Source of the DNA: a virus
Virus record (IMG/VR): IMGVR_UViG_3300045988_084225
Location: 1 to 49,227 of that record
DNA length: 49,227 bases
Strand: one strand, 5' to 3'
Shown one piece after another: positions 33,401 through 42,590 of the stretch. A program made the translations under genes and the position numbers. The notes under the pieces are model-generated. The model saw only the letters and a program-made list of their open reading frames with translations, searched no databases and was not told the origin of the DNA. Each line of letters starts with the position of its first letter. Position 1 is the stretch's first letter.

Positions 33401-35072
33401 AGAGCAAGCGAAAAAGGGATTCGTTATCGGAAATTTCGTAAGTCAGATAAAAGAAACACGTCAAAGAAAGAAAGATTACGAAAATGCTCAGAAACAAGCA
33501 GAAAACGTCGGCGGTGGTTACTTTTTGAAGAGATACAACGAGGCTGATGCTGAAGGGAAAGCACAGATTCGAGAGGAAAAGGTGTACGACCCAGTAACGC
33601 ATAAGTTAACTAAATTCGGAGATGTAATTGATAGAGCGATAAAGGCTCAAGAGAATTACGCAAACTCTCAGAAAACTCTACAAGATAACATCAAAGCGGT
33701 TGGTAGTAGCTTTAATGCCTTGACATCAATGGGTAAAGATGTTTCCAATATGCTTGAAAAATTCGGTGTAAGTATGCCAGATGGTCTTACACAAGTCTTT
33801 GACGGATTCGGAGAGATTGGCAGTGCTTTTGAAGGCTTCGACTTGACGAAGATAGGCTCATTCTTGGATGTTGGTAATTACGTTCACGCAGTTACTGGTG
33901 TTTTTAGTGGTGTCGCAGATGTATTCTCTGGATTTTTTTCTTTATTCGGAGTTGGCAAAGGTAATATGGAAGAATACAAGAAAGCACTCGAACAATACGA
34001 GAAGTTGGACGAAGTATGGACTTCGCTTATATCAAAGAAAAAAGAATACCTATCGCTGTCATATGGAGAAGAAGCAAAGAAGGTTGGACAAGAATATGTA
34101 GAGCTGGCAAAAGCAGACCTTGAAGCAACGAAAGCAATCGCGAATAAATATCTCGGTGCATGGAAGAAGGGTTCTCATTCTGAGGGGTACAAGTTCAACA
34201 AAAAAATGAAAAAAGGCGTAGAGGGAGTTACTTGGTCTGATATATCTAACGTAGCAGGAACTAACATATCAGATATTTCTCAACTTACGAGCCTATCCTC
34301 AAAGCAACTTGAATCGATAAAGACAAACTACACGAAATGGTGGGTTAAACTTCCAGAAGATTACATCAATTACCTTGATAGTATTATTAAAAAACAAAGC
34401 ACGCTTGAAGATGCACAAGAAGAGGTTTTAGAAAAACTTACTGGTGTTAAATTCGATGATATGTACTCAAACTTTATGTCTTGCTTAACAGATATGAGCA
34501 AAGGTGCTGACGATTGGGTATCAGACTTCAAGGACAAAATTCGTAAAGCTCTCATAGACAATATGATGGGTAAGAAAGTAAAAGAGTGGCTTGAAGATTA
34601 TACCAAACGTTATCAAGCGGCAATGGAAAAAGGTACGCTCACAGATGCAGAGCGTCAGCAATTCATTGATGAAGCAAACGAGAAAAGCAATGAGTTCTTC
34701 AACGAGCGCAAAGAAATTCTTGAAAACATCGGTCTTGGCAAGTCCTCCGATAGTAGCAACTCAGGTGGAGGTTTCGCTACCGCATCAGAGGAAAGCGTTG
34801 AAGAATTGAGCGGACGTGCGCTTGCGGCAAATGAAGCGTTATACTCTATTCGGGATATTCAATCATCGCATACATTACAGTATGAAGCTATTAACGATGG
34901 TATTCAACAGATGATAACTATTGAGACAGGTCGTAATGAATACTATAACGAATCAATAGAGATACAGCGGACTTCCGTTGGCCATCTTGCAACAATAGCG
35001 AAGAATACAAACGAACTATACGTAATGAATGAACGACTAGCTAAAATAGAAAAAAATACAAGAAATATGTAA
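30408..35072 (+). CDS. Tape measure protein
   Basis: 1554 aa. Coiled-coil-rich with a central hydrophobic/Ala-rich segment. It follows the chaperones. Confidence 0.9.
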   Translation: MAEDIDGALGIRATIDASDVQKGANEFIRAIQNMANESDKAVNTMADGYGFLMEQISKLSDAIDAAKSKLTSISGAMSNIAPADGVSSQAYDDLKSQVSALVSENDNLKTKLEETTARISEQAKATTSASTAIGEYQSAAQSAGNSGGIASVGSKAKSEMKELAETIKFDTEQISLMEQEYAKLEQTLSRLQSKKSTIEATPTSSDPLSQEVKQSKLSNVNGDISQTQEQMSKLKALTSEYKGEISQCSQRMSELSNQTAQTAGRTQALRTQLRNARQHVAELILSGKQGTVEFGKAVNEANKLQAAFNKASMAISGKSLAFNSFNMLSTAVNGVTGALTTYMGVAGLFTDNQEELTRIQKNLQAVMSVSMGVQQLMNAATQISVKWETLKASAMAAVAASTETATIAEGGKAAADVANTGTAAAATAANWTLAAAFKAVGLAIKSIPVIGWIIAGVTALVAGAVALYKWATKLTPAEKANQEAAKAYGEQIKKNRETMLDQSKTIGENVGKFKQLQQKYNEVKGDSSKLNAFLKENKDNFEELGFSVNDATDAENIFHKNSNAVIEGFRLRAKAAAQAKVAMDSYAEAYRLQLEAEGWERSAKYGSSRHNKDDQEEALAKAKAMRAQAGKLYNAGDRATSDSNKTSRALDAHNRKYNIKSPSQEKNNRGRKSGGGGKSSGGGKSLEETAYENAQKWHELQLDEEKAFNDKMKEYSDMVLETKEDGAEKELQQIQRTRDEQLKALDEWLDELANKRKQVAMETWVNKKEGRTEQQWSKTNEGKQDESYWRNQVLTKNPRINEVYELNANAIQDKSVHDSDKVVSDILAKYEDKSKREKTERLKTLTSEIKILEDKLTAIENEAEKERISNLLENVKSEKDWVAQSKDAWNEYYQKYGTFLEKRAALEEKFLHDTQGMDENTPEYLMLKKGFEDSLKSLNFENIKKQLNWEDIFGDLERIGSKTLEVLQSQLEAMLKNDKNLSVESIKTISEALNKIRSEQAKKGFVIGNFVSQIKETRQRKKDYENAQKQAENVGGGYFLKRYNEADAEGKAQIREEKVYDPVTHKLTKFGDVIDRAIKAQENYANSQKTLQDNIKAVGSSFNALTSMGKDVSNMLEKFGVSMPDGLTQVFDGFGEIGSAFEGFDLTKIGSFLDVGNYVHAVTGVFSGVADVFSGFFSLFGVGKGNMEEYKKALEQYEKLDEVWTSLISKKKEYLSLSYGEEAKKVGQEYVELAKADLEATKAIANKYLGAWKKGSHSEGYKFNKKMKKGVEGVTWSDISNVAGTNISDISQLTSLSSKQLESIKTNYTKWWVKLPEDYINYLDSIIKKQSTLEDAQEEVLEKLTGVKFDDMYSNFMSCLTDMSKGADDWVSDFKDKIRKALIDNMMGKKVKEWLEDYTKRYQAAMEKGTLTDAERQQFIDEANEKSNEFFNERKEILENIGLGKSSDSSNSGGGFATASEESVEELSGRALAANEALYSIRDIQSSHTLQYEAINDGIQQMITIETGRNEYYNESIEIQRTSVGHLATIAKNTNELYVMNERLAKIEKNTRNM

Positions 35073-35077
35073 GCGAT

Positions 35078-35503
35078 ATGAAAGGACAAGCAACGATTAA
35101 CGGCAAGGATATTTGGTTAAGCTATAAGGCTAATCTAATCAAGGGAGCATATAAGGAATTGAGCAAAGACCTTTGCGCGAAAGATAATGTAAAAAATACA
35201 AGCAGACTTGAAGATGGGGATAGATTCTCCGTTAGTGCAACTGGGCAAAAATTCAAATCTCGCGATTTTTCTATATCTTTTCTTATTCAAGGAGATAATT
35301 ATGAGGATATGACAGCAAACTATGCAAACTTCATAGATGCGGTGTCGCTGAATCTTGTTAACTTTGGTGTGAAGAGACTGGCGAACGTATACAAGATTAT
35401 CTTCAACGAGATACAAGATATTACAGAATACAGAAAGGAATGTATGCGAGTTGTCAAGATTAAGTTCACAGAACCGAACCCGAAAGATAGAGAACACCTA
35501 TGA
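35078..35503 (+). CDS. Distal tail protein (putative)
   Basis: 141 aa, directly after the tape measure. Confidence 0.5.
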   Translation: MKGQATINGKDIWLSYKANLIKGAYKELSKDLCAKDNVKNTSRLEDGDRFSVSATGQKFKSRDFSISFLIQGDNYEDMTANYANFIDAVSLNLVNFGVKRLANVYKIIFNEIQDITEYRKECMRVVKIKFTEPNPKDREHL

Positions 35504-38181
35504 ATAGTAGTATAACTATATATTCTCCAAATGGAGATACTATCTACACAATGCCAGCAATTTTCGAGAATTGCACAGAGAAGTATACTCTCATGCAGGA
35601 GGACTACATAGAACTGCACTTCAATCTCTTAGAACCCGTATTCTTTGAGATTGGGTGCTGGGCTATGTGGAATGGGAAAAAGTACTACGTGACAGAGTTT
35701 CAGCAGCCGAGTTATGATGCGAGCACTGGTGGTTATGGCTACGAGCTAAAGCTCAATGCTTATTATCGTGCATGGGGTCTTAAACTATACAAGTATGCTT
35801 CATTATCAGTCAATGGAGACAAATCGTATGCTTCATTGAATGATAATGAAGACAAATCTTCGGTTGCTCTAAGAGAGTTGACATTTAGTCTTACTGCGAA
35901 TCTGCGCACGCATGCTGAGACGATTGTTCGATGTCTTAACTTGGACGGCTTCCGTTGGTACAATGAATCAGATAGAAAAGAAGAAGAGTTCTATGCAGAT
36001 TTATGGAAGAGCAACAACGAAGAAGAGGTTGACTTTAAAGAAGTAAAGACGCTCACTTACGATAGTGTAAATTACATTGATGCGCTATCACAGATAGCTG
36101 AAGAATGGTCTACGGAGTGGTGGGTGCAGGATAATATTCTATATTTCGGAAAATGTCAAGATAACAAGAATGATGCAGTTGACTTTGAGCAAGGAGTGAA
36201 CGTTGAAACGATTGATGGCTCTAAGAGTCAATCGGATTATGCTACACGCATTTATGCTTTTGGTTCGGATAAGAATTTACCTAAATACTATGGAAAGAAT
36301 CTTGTTTTCCAATTCAAAGATTTCGTGAATAAATACGACAAAGATTATCTTGATTATGATAAAGCATTATACACTTCATACTTTGAAGATAAGTACAAAC
36401 TTGAATGGAATAAACTTTTCAATTTTGACAAATCTATAAGATATACTCCAACGGCAAACGGATATGACACAGAATGGGTTGAGGACAAAATAACATCTTG
36501 TGAGGTTACGATTCAAGCTGGAGTATATGAATTGACAAAGTATTCAAACGATAATTATTTTAGCATCTATAAACTAGTAAAAAACGATAAAAACCAAGTA
36601 GCATACAAAGACAAATTTAAGATAAATTGTCAATTTGACGAATCGCAACTTAGTTATGCAAGACAGACAGCAGAAATACATGTATGTCTTGTTGGAGATG
36701 GTGGAACAACTATAAATTTAGGAAATTATGGTGGTGAGGATAAAATAGTTAATTCTGTTTTGGCGCACGGAATTGTAACGCTATACTACATAGGTTCAAG
36801 TGGAGAATCAGGAGACCCATTTGTGAATCTTCCTAAGTTCGAGATAACGAAAGAGACAAATGTACACATTGAGATTTATGCAGCGGCAAAAGAACCATTC
36901 GATTTAGGTTTTAAGGTTTCTGTTGGAAGTGGCTATCAATTATGGGAAAAGTACGAATATTACGCGTATAATTTAACAATAGTACCTAAAAGTGGGCATT
37001 TGAACAACAAAGAATTGAATGTTGTACTAAAAAAACAATCTATCGCGTTGAAGGATGAAGAGAGTAAAAATGACCCTAACTTATATGGCTTTGTTGTACC
37101 GAAAGGATATGGAGATGAACTCTGTGGGCAAACATTCAAGATAAAAAATATCCTTATTTATAAGTTACCCTCGTGGTACTTTGAGGAAGAAAAAGACCTG
37201 CAGAACGCATCGACAATCAAAGCATTCTCTGAGAAGCGATTATCCTTACCTGCACCATACTACGTTGACGCAGAAGAGAGCGTTCCTTTTGGCTCAATTA
37301 TAGAAAAAACCTTAACGTATGACGATATATACCCTCGAACAGAAACATTCATTACAGATGTAAAGACGCATCCGGAATACGTAAAGGATGAGAATAACGA
37401 ACAAACTACACTAAAGTATACGGACTACTACATCAAGCAAGACAAGTTCGCGTTCAATAATGACTATAAGCTAGAGAATGCGGAAAATCTGCAAATCAAA
37501 TTTACTACTGGCGCACTCGCAGGTCTAACGTTCGATTGTCTTTATGATGATTCTAACTTCCCTAGCGAATTACTGAATAAAGCTTACTTTAAGATTATTC
37601 GTCAGCAGATGGATGGCGGTATGTGGCTTCCGAATGACGCGATGCACCCTGCATTAGCAGACCCTGCGAACGGGAAGGAAGAAGCGGATAAATTTATTCT
37701 CATCGGTTGGGATTCATCAAGAATTGAATACCTTAACCTTATCAAATTAGCGGAAGACGAACTCCTTAAGAAAGTAGAGAAAGAGATTCAGAAGATGAAC
37801 GTAGACCCTACGACTTATGAGTGTACAATGTTCTCTGATGTAACGTATGGACGAGCAGAAGAAACGCTAATTACTGATGATAATGGTGTACCAATTACAG
37901 ACGATAGAGGTGTGCTGATTCGTACAGACGATAGCCCACATGGGCTTGATGCTTCCAATGTAGTGACATATAAGATAGGTCAGCGTGTAAGACTTCGTAG
38001 TAAGGCTTTATTCAAGGACGGAGAACGTATGAGTCGCATTATTGGCTATGAGAAGAAGATGGATATTCCTTGGGATAGCCCCAAATACCAAGTGGGAGAA
38101 AAAGCTATCTATTCAACGATTGGAGCAATTAAAAGTAAAATTAAGTCCCTAGAAGAGACTAAGCAATCAAAAAAGAAGTAA
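35500..38181 (+). CDS. Tail tip / baseplate hub protein (Tal-like)
   Basis: 893 aa. Call is by position. Confidence 0.6.
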   Translation: MNSSITIYSPNGDTIYTMPAIFENCTEKYTLMQEDYIELHFNLLEPVFFEIGCWAMWNGKKYYVTEFQQPSYDASTGGYGYELKLNAYYRAWGLKLYKYASLSVNGDKSYASLNDNEDKSSVALRELTFSLTANLRTHAETIVRCLNLDGFRWYNESDRKEEEFYADLWKSNNEEEVDFKEVKTLTYDSVNYIDALSQIAEEWSTEWWVQDNILYFGKCQDNKNDAVDFEQGVNVETIDGSKSQSDYATRIYAFGSDKNLPKYYGKNLVFQFKDFVNKYDKDYLDYDKALYTSYFEDKYKLEWNKLFNFDKSIRYTPTANGYDTEWVEDKITSCEVTIQAGVYELTKYSNDNYFSIYKLVKNDKNQVAYKDKFKINCQFDESQLSYARQTAEIHVCLVGDGGTTINLGNYGGEDKIVNSVLAHGIVTLYYIGSSGESGDPFVNLPKFEITKETNVHIEIYAAAKEPFDLGFKVSVGSGYQLWEKYEYYAYNLTIVPKSGHLNNKELNVVLKKQSIALKDEESKNDPNLYGFVVPKGYGDELCGQTFKIKNILIYKLPSWYFEEEKDLQNASTIKAFSEKRLSLPAPYYVDAEESVPFGSIIEKTLTYDDIYPRTETFITDVKTHPEYVKDENNEQTTLKYTDYYIKQDKFAFNNDYKLENAENLQIKFTTGALAGLTFDCLYDDSNFPSELLNKAYFKIIRQQMDGGMWLPNDAMHPALADPANGKEEADKFILIGWDSSRIEYLNLIKLAEDELLKKVEKEIQKMNVDPTTYECTMFSDVTYGRAEETLITDDNGVPITDDRGVLIRTDDSPHGLDASNVVTYKIGQRVRLRSKALFKDGERMSRIIGYEKKMDIPWDSPKYQVGEKAIYSTIGAIKSKIKSLEETKQSKKK

Positions 38182-38184
38182 AAG

Positions 38185-39663
38185 ATGAGCAATACAAGAA
38201 CATTGAGCAGTGTGCTTGCTGAACTGTTAAAAACGCAGAGCAGTACAGATGACCATATAATCGTAACGAGTGGAGGAAAAACTTACTATGTTACCCCCGC
38301 AGAGTTACCAACGGCAAATAGTGAGCAGAATGGTCAAATGAGTAAGGAGACTTACAATACTATTGCTACGCAGGTCGTGAGAATTGACGAGATAAATGGT
38401 AAGCTAGGTGAGCCTTTCGATAGATTGATGATTAGGTATAGAGCATTCCCTAATTTCGAGACAATAGATAAATTCAACAATTGTCTTGATGTTTCGTTGA
38501 TGGACGAGCAAAATCAAGGAGTATGTGTAGTTCCTGTGTTTGGTATTCCTATGCTTGTCGTGACGGCACAGACTTTTCAAGAGAAAAATGTGTGGATGCA
38601 AACTTTGTTTGGGTGTGTGTCCGTAGCGAAAGGCGGTATGAGTATAGCTGATGCTGGTGGAAAAGGCAAACCTTACGTGCAGTTGGTTAGGTATGCTAAT
38701 AGTCAAACTCCTAATACAGGATGGGGGGCTTGGGAGAGTATTAACCCATCTGAGCAAACTTCGGTTAATGGCACAAGCAAGAACTACGTATACTCGAAAG
38801 GCAAGAGTGAAGACACCAAGACGCTCATTACATCGAAATTTTGGATTTATCAGCATTCGGACGGCAATGCGTTCCTACGATTTAAGCATTATGGAGCGAC
38901 AAACGATAAGAACGAGACTGATTATAGTCAAGTGCAGATTCCTAACGCATGGGTTGGAGCTAACGGCCTTATAAGACGTGATATATATTCTCGCTTAGAT
39001 AGCTTTGCTCTACGTGAGGAAAATTCTACTGCAACACAGGTAAACATCGTCACGCCCATCTTCACCACTGGCGGCACTCGCACATTAACAATCTCACGCG
39101 CTACAAGCGCTAAGGCAGGAGTAATGAGTGCAATTGACAAGGTGAATCTTGATAACATCGTGAATTTCGCCCGTGACCTTGGAAATTATTCGTCAGAAGA
39201 TGAAGCTCTTGATGCGCTGAAAGATGTTGGTATTTCAGGCAATTCTAATATTGTTCATGCTCTTTGCACGTATGGAGATAAGAAGATGAGCATAACGATG
39301 ATGCAGAGCATAGAGAATGATTATTGTAGACAGATAATCTTCAACAAGTCGAAGCTATACCAGCGTGCCATTTACTTCACGAATGGTGAAAGAACAGAAA
39401 TATCCTATGCAGAAGATTGGAGTTTTCTATCTGGAGACCGTCTAAGTTGGGATAGCGAAAATAACAAGTATTCGCTATGTGCTTTCGATACTGTCTTCAA
39501 TCAAGCCTATTGTGACCCGATTCCATTATCGGATGGCACTATTGACGGGTTGATGAGCAAAGCTACTTACAATACTCTTGCTACGCAGGTTAAGAAAATC
39601 AAAGAACTAGAACAACAGATAATAGCTCTACAAGAGAGAATCGCAAAATTAGAAAACAAGTAA
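38185..39663 (+). CDS. Tail fibre / receptor-binding protein
   Basis: 492 aa. G-x-MSK-x-TYNT-[IL]-ATQV motifs occur near both termini. The C-terminal end is a coiled coil (ELEQQIIALQERIAKLENK). Confidence 0.65.
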   Translation: MSNTRTLSSVLAELLKTQSSTDDHIIVTSGGKTYYVTPAELPTANSEQNGQMSKETYNTIATQVVRIDEINGKLGEPFDRLMIRYRAFPNFETIDKFNNCLDVSLMDEQNQGVCVVPVFGIPMLVVTAQTFQEKNVWMQTLFGCVSVAKGGMSIADAGGKGKPYVQLVRYANSQTPNTGWGAWESINPSEQTSVNGTSKNYVYSKGKSEDTKTLITSKFWIYQHSDGNAFLRFKHYGATNDKNETDYSQVQIPNAWVGANGLIRRDIYSRLDSFALREENSTATQVNIVTPIFTTGGTRTLTISRATSAKAGVMSAIDKVNLDNIVNFARDLGNYSSEDEALDALKDVGISGNSNIVHALCTYGDKKMSITMMQSIENDYCRQIIFNKSKLYQRAIYFTNGERTEISYAEDWSFLSGDRLSWDSENNKYSLCAFDTVFNQAYCDPIPLSDGTIDGLMSKATYNTLATQVKKIKELEQQIIALQERIAKLENK

Positions 39664-39673
39664 AAAAATAAAC

Positions 39674-40189
39674 ATGCTCAAATCAATTAGTACTAGCGGT
39701 GGAAACCCTATCGTAGTTACAAGTGGAGCAATGGCTATCAACGCGCTATATGTTGAAATGCTCCAAGTATTCTACTCCTTACGATGGGCAATACTATTCA
39801 TAATTGTGCTCGTATTCACTGACTTTTGGAGCGGCCTAACTGCAAGTGTAAAAGTACGAAAAGAAAACTTTCGGTTGTCTCGCGCTTTAAGACGAACAAT
39901 AGCAAAATTCTTAGAATACATCAACTATATCATCTTCGGGCTACTCCTAGCCAAAGGCACACTAGAGCCTTTCAATATAGGTTCTGACGTCACAGGAGGA
40001 GCAATCGGAGCAATATTCGCACTCTTTATTGAAGCTGATTCTATCTACGGACATATCTGCGACATTCACGGAATCCGAAAGCGCATCTCCATTAAGCGGT
40101 TTATCGTGGCCTACATTAAGAGGAAAAACGAGGATGTAGGGCAAGCGGTAGAAGAGAGCCTAGAAGGTGATAAAAAATCTGACGAATGA
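39674..40189 (+). CDS. Holin (Phage_holin_4_1-like)
   Basis: 171 aa with multiple TM helices. VLVFTDFWSGLTASVKVRKENFRLSRALRRTIAKF. It lies upstream of the lysin. Confidence 0.7.
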   Translation: MLKSISTSGGNPIVVTSGAMAINALYVEMLQVFYSLRWAILFIIVLVFTDFWSGLTASVKVRKENFRLSRALRRTIAKFLEYINYIIFGLLLAKGTLEPFNIGSDVTGGAIGAIFALFIEADSIYGHICDIHGIRKRISIKRFIVAYIKRKNEDVGQAVEESLEGDKKSDE

Positions 40190-40254
40190 TGCAATAACAT
40201 CACCCGTAAGAAAAAATTGAATGGTAAAATTTCCCAATCTAACAGTAAAAAAAT

Positions 40255-40770
40255 ATGGCAAACTACAAAGAACTAGTCCCCTTTATCCTGCGTTGGGAGG
40301 GTGGATTTACAAACAATAAGAACGACAGAGGAGGTTGGACTTGCAAGGGCGTAACTCTAGCCACCTTTCGCAGCGTCTATGGTCAGAATAAAAACGCAAA
40401 CGACCTAAAATACATCACAAATGAACAATGGATGCACATCTTCAAGACCCTATTTTGGGATAAATGCAAGGCAGACAAAATCCGAGACCAAAGTATCGCA
40501 AATATGCTTGTAGATTGGGCGTGGAATAGTGGTGCAGTTCACCCTATTAAGGCATTGCAGAGATGTGTAGGAGTTACGGCTGATGGCATAGTAGGCTCGC
40601 GCACATTGGCGGCAGTAAACTCTGCAAGTCCTTTGTCGTTATTCGGTCAACTCCGAGAGAGACGCATTCAGTTCTACAATAACATCGCAGCTAACGACCC
40701 CTCCCAAAAGAAAAATCTTAAGGGATGGCTCAATCGCGTAGCCCACATAACCTATGGCAAACTATATTAA
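40255..40770 (+). CDS. Endolysin: GH108 lysozyme-like domain plus PG_binding_3 domain
   Basis: ILRWEGGFTNNKNDRGGWTCKGVTLATF, with a C-terminal VGVTADGIVGSRTLAAVN. Confidence 0.85.
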   Translation: MANYKELVPFILRWEGGFTNNKNDRGGWTCKGVTLATFRSVYGQNKNANDLKYITNEQWMHIFKTLFWDKCKADKIRDQSIANMLVDWAWNSGAVHPIKALQRCVGVTADGIVGSRTLAAVNSASPLSLFGQLRERRIQFYNNIAANDPSQKKNLKGWLNRVAHITYGKLY

Positions 40771-41239
40771 GCACATATTGCTATTTCTTTTGCTCCTCAC
40801 GGCCTTTAGTGGGTGCGCAAGGAGAACCTATAAATCGGTAGAGAAAACAGCTGATACGCTGATTATATCTCGAACGGATAGCGTTATTGTGCATGATACC
40901 ATCACGACTATTTCTCAAATTGAAACTATTGATAGCATCGTAGAACGAGTGCAAACTATCGTTGTAGTGGATAGTGCAGGAAAGGTGCTTAGCAAGGTTG
41001 TGTATCGGGATAGAGGAGTTTATCACAATAAGGATGCGCTCTCCTCTTCTCATCACGTAACGAATAGGACGCAGAAGAAGAATGAATCTCAGCGAAGTGT
41101 AGCGAATAAGCAAGAATCTGTGAAGAGCAAAATTAAGATTGCTTCGCGAAGGAAGGCACTCGTTACGATTATCTCATTCGCATTCTTGATAGCCCTAATT
41201 GTGACCATATATAGGTACATATATTCAAAAGGTAAGTAG
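40754..41239 (+). CDS. Unimolecular spanin candidate (lipoprotein signal plus C-terminal TM)
   Basis: Lipobox LLTAFSGC and C-terminal TM helix ALVTIISFAFLIALIVTIY. It overlaps the lysin 3' end. Confidence 0.6.
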   Translation: MANYIKHILLFLLLLTAFSGCARRTYKSVEKTADTLIISRTDSVIVHDTITTISQIETIDSIVERVQTIVVVDSAGKVLSKVVYRDRGVYHNKDALSSSHHVTNRTQKKNESQRSVANKQESVKSKIKIASRRKALVTIISFAFLIALIVTIYRYIYSKGK

Positions 41240-41325
41240 ATTGTTTTTGGATTACAAGCGTGAAGTGGTCAGTGGGCTGCTTTGCGCTTTTATGCTTTTA
41301 TTTTTTACTCCAAAAACAATCAAAA

Positions 41326-41625
41326 ATGAACGAATTAAAAGAAATTTATCATAGAGCCGTTGAAGCGGTTCTAAGTGCGAGTGGCCTTACACGTGGTCAA
41401 CTCGCTAATTGTCGTGCAGAAAAGTGCGTTATTGCTCGCGTGGTACTAGTGGATATTCTTGTGCAGATAGGCTTCACTGAATCAGATATAGTAGAGCTAA
41501 GCGGAATGAGTCAACAGAGGGTGAACTCGTTGAAGAATAGTGCTAGGCACAGGCTGCAAGGGCTAGCGGCACGGATAATGAGGGAGGAGGTTGTGCAGAA
41601 TTTGCAAAAAGAAATTACCTTATAA
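41326..41625 (+). CDS. Small HTH protein resembling DnaA domain IV
   Basis: ATG at 41326. RAEKCVIARVVLVDILVQIGFTESDIVELSGMSQQRVNSL. Confidence 0.45.
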   Translation: MNELKEIYHRAVEAVLSASGLTRGQLANCRAEKCVIARVVLVDILVQIGFTESDIVELSGMSQQRVNSLKNSARHRLQGLAARIMREEVVQNLQKEITL

Positions 41626-41649
41626 AGTAATTTGTGTAGATTTTTTTCT

Positions 41650-41657
41650 TACCTTTG
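41650..41657 (+). promoter_or_regulatory. -7 box TACCTTTG upstream of the toxin-antitoxin pair
   Basis: TAnnTTTG match 23 nt upstream of the ATG at 41680. Confidence 0.45.
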
Positions 41658-41679
41658 CGCTATAAATAAGATATAAAAT

Positions 41680-42153
41680 ATGAAAGCAGTAAGGATTGAA
41701 TCAGTTGCAGAATCAGAAAAAGCAAGTTTACTTACAATCTGTTTTGAAGGAGAGAGTATTAGTGAATTTGAAAAATTCATACAGAACCATAGTGAGAGTT
41801 ATAGCGAAGATTTGAACATTATCTTATCTGCTATTAGCAGAATGCTTGAAGCGAGTGGCTTTCTTGAACGCTATTTTAGGCCAGAAGGTAAATACAACGA
41901 TAGAGTTTGTGCTCTCCCTATAGAATCTGGCAAACTGAGATTATACTGCATTCGCTTGAATGATAGAATCTTGATTGTAGGTAATGGAGGTGTAAAAAAC
42001 GCACAAAAGTATCAAGATTGTGGCGATTTAAATGGATATGTTGTAACTTTGCAAAAGTTAGACAAGGCTCTTAAATTTGCGATTAAAAGAGGAGAAGTCA
42101 CAATCGAAGAACGAAAATTTATGAATCCAACCAACAAAAAATTCAACTTATGA
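41680..42153 (+). CDS. RelE/HigB-superfamily (Gp49-like) toxin candidate
   Basis: 157 aa. KLRLYCIRLNDRILIVGNGGVK. ATGA overlap with the downstream HTH gene. Confidence 0.5.
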   Translation: MKAVRIESVAESEKASLLTICFEGESISEFEKFIQNHSESYSEDLNIILSAISRMLEASGFLERYFRPEGKYNDRVCALPIESGKLRLYCIRLNDRILIVGNGGVKNAQKYQDCGDLNGYVVTLQKLDKALKFAIKRGEVTIEERKFMNPTNKKFNL

Positions 42154-42413
42154 AAGCTCAGAAGTTCTTTATGGATGCTGTTAATCGGATTCCAGACAAT
42201 ATCAATAGGCAAGTATGTCTATCAATGTCTGTATCTGATAAGATAGCAGACATTTTGAAGGGAAGAGGGATGACGCAGAAGGAATTCGCAAAAGGCATAG
42301 GGCGTTCTGAAGCTGAGGTTTCAAGATGGCTCAGCGGAACACACAACTTTACCTTGTCTACTATTGCAAAGATTTCTTCCTATCTTAAAGAGGATATTAT
42401 CCAAATTTCTTAA
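42150..42413 (+). CDS. XRE-family HTH antitoxin candidate (HigA-like)
   Basis: MTQKEFAKGIGRSEAEVSRWLSGTHNFTLSTIAKIS. Confidence 0.65.
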   Translation: MKAQKFFMDAVNRIPDNINRQVCLSMSVSDKIADILKGRGMTQKEFAKGIGRSEAEVSRWLSGTHNFTLSTIAKISSYLKEDIIQIS

Positions 42414-42429
42414 AAGGACTTTAGTTTAT

Positions 42430-42457
42430 AAAGCATCTCTTGCGAGATGCTTTTTTT
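42430..42457 (+). terminator. Intrinsic terminator
   Basis: GCATCTC (42433..42439) pairs with GAGATGC (42444..42450), followed by TTTTTTT. Confidence 0.75.
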
Positions 42458-42566
42458 ATTTCTGGTATGTCGGTTGCACGTATCCTGTGGGAGTATGTTG
42501 AAGGCTTAATCTATTTGGCTGACGAAAATAATCAGTGAAAATATTGCATAAAACGCACGTTTTTCA

Positions 42567-42574
42567 TATATTTG
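42567..42574 (+). promoter_or_regulatory. -7 box TATATTTG upstream of the XRE-ImmA gene
   Basis: TAnnTTTG match 16 nt upstream of the ATG at 42591. Confidence 0.45.
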
Positions 42575-42590
42575 CAGAAAATAATCAGCA

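Noticed and set aside
30815-34809. Numerous alternative-frame and antisense ORFs within the tape measure gene.
   Set aside because: They lie inside a 1554-codon uninterrupted ORF with typical tape-measure composition. Long biased genes commonly produce such shadow ORFs.
38185-39663. The repeated fibre motif might be a diversity-generating retroelement target/template pair.
   Set aside because: No reverse transcriptase gene occurs anywhere in the window. The two copies differ at a single position with no adenine-specific pattern, and both lie inside the same ORF.
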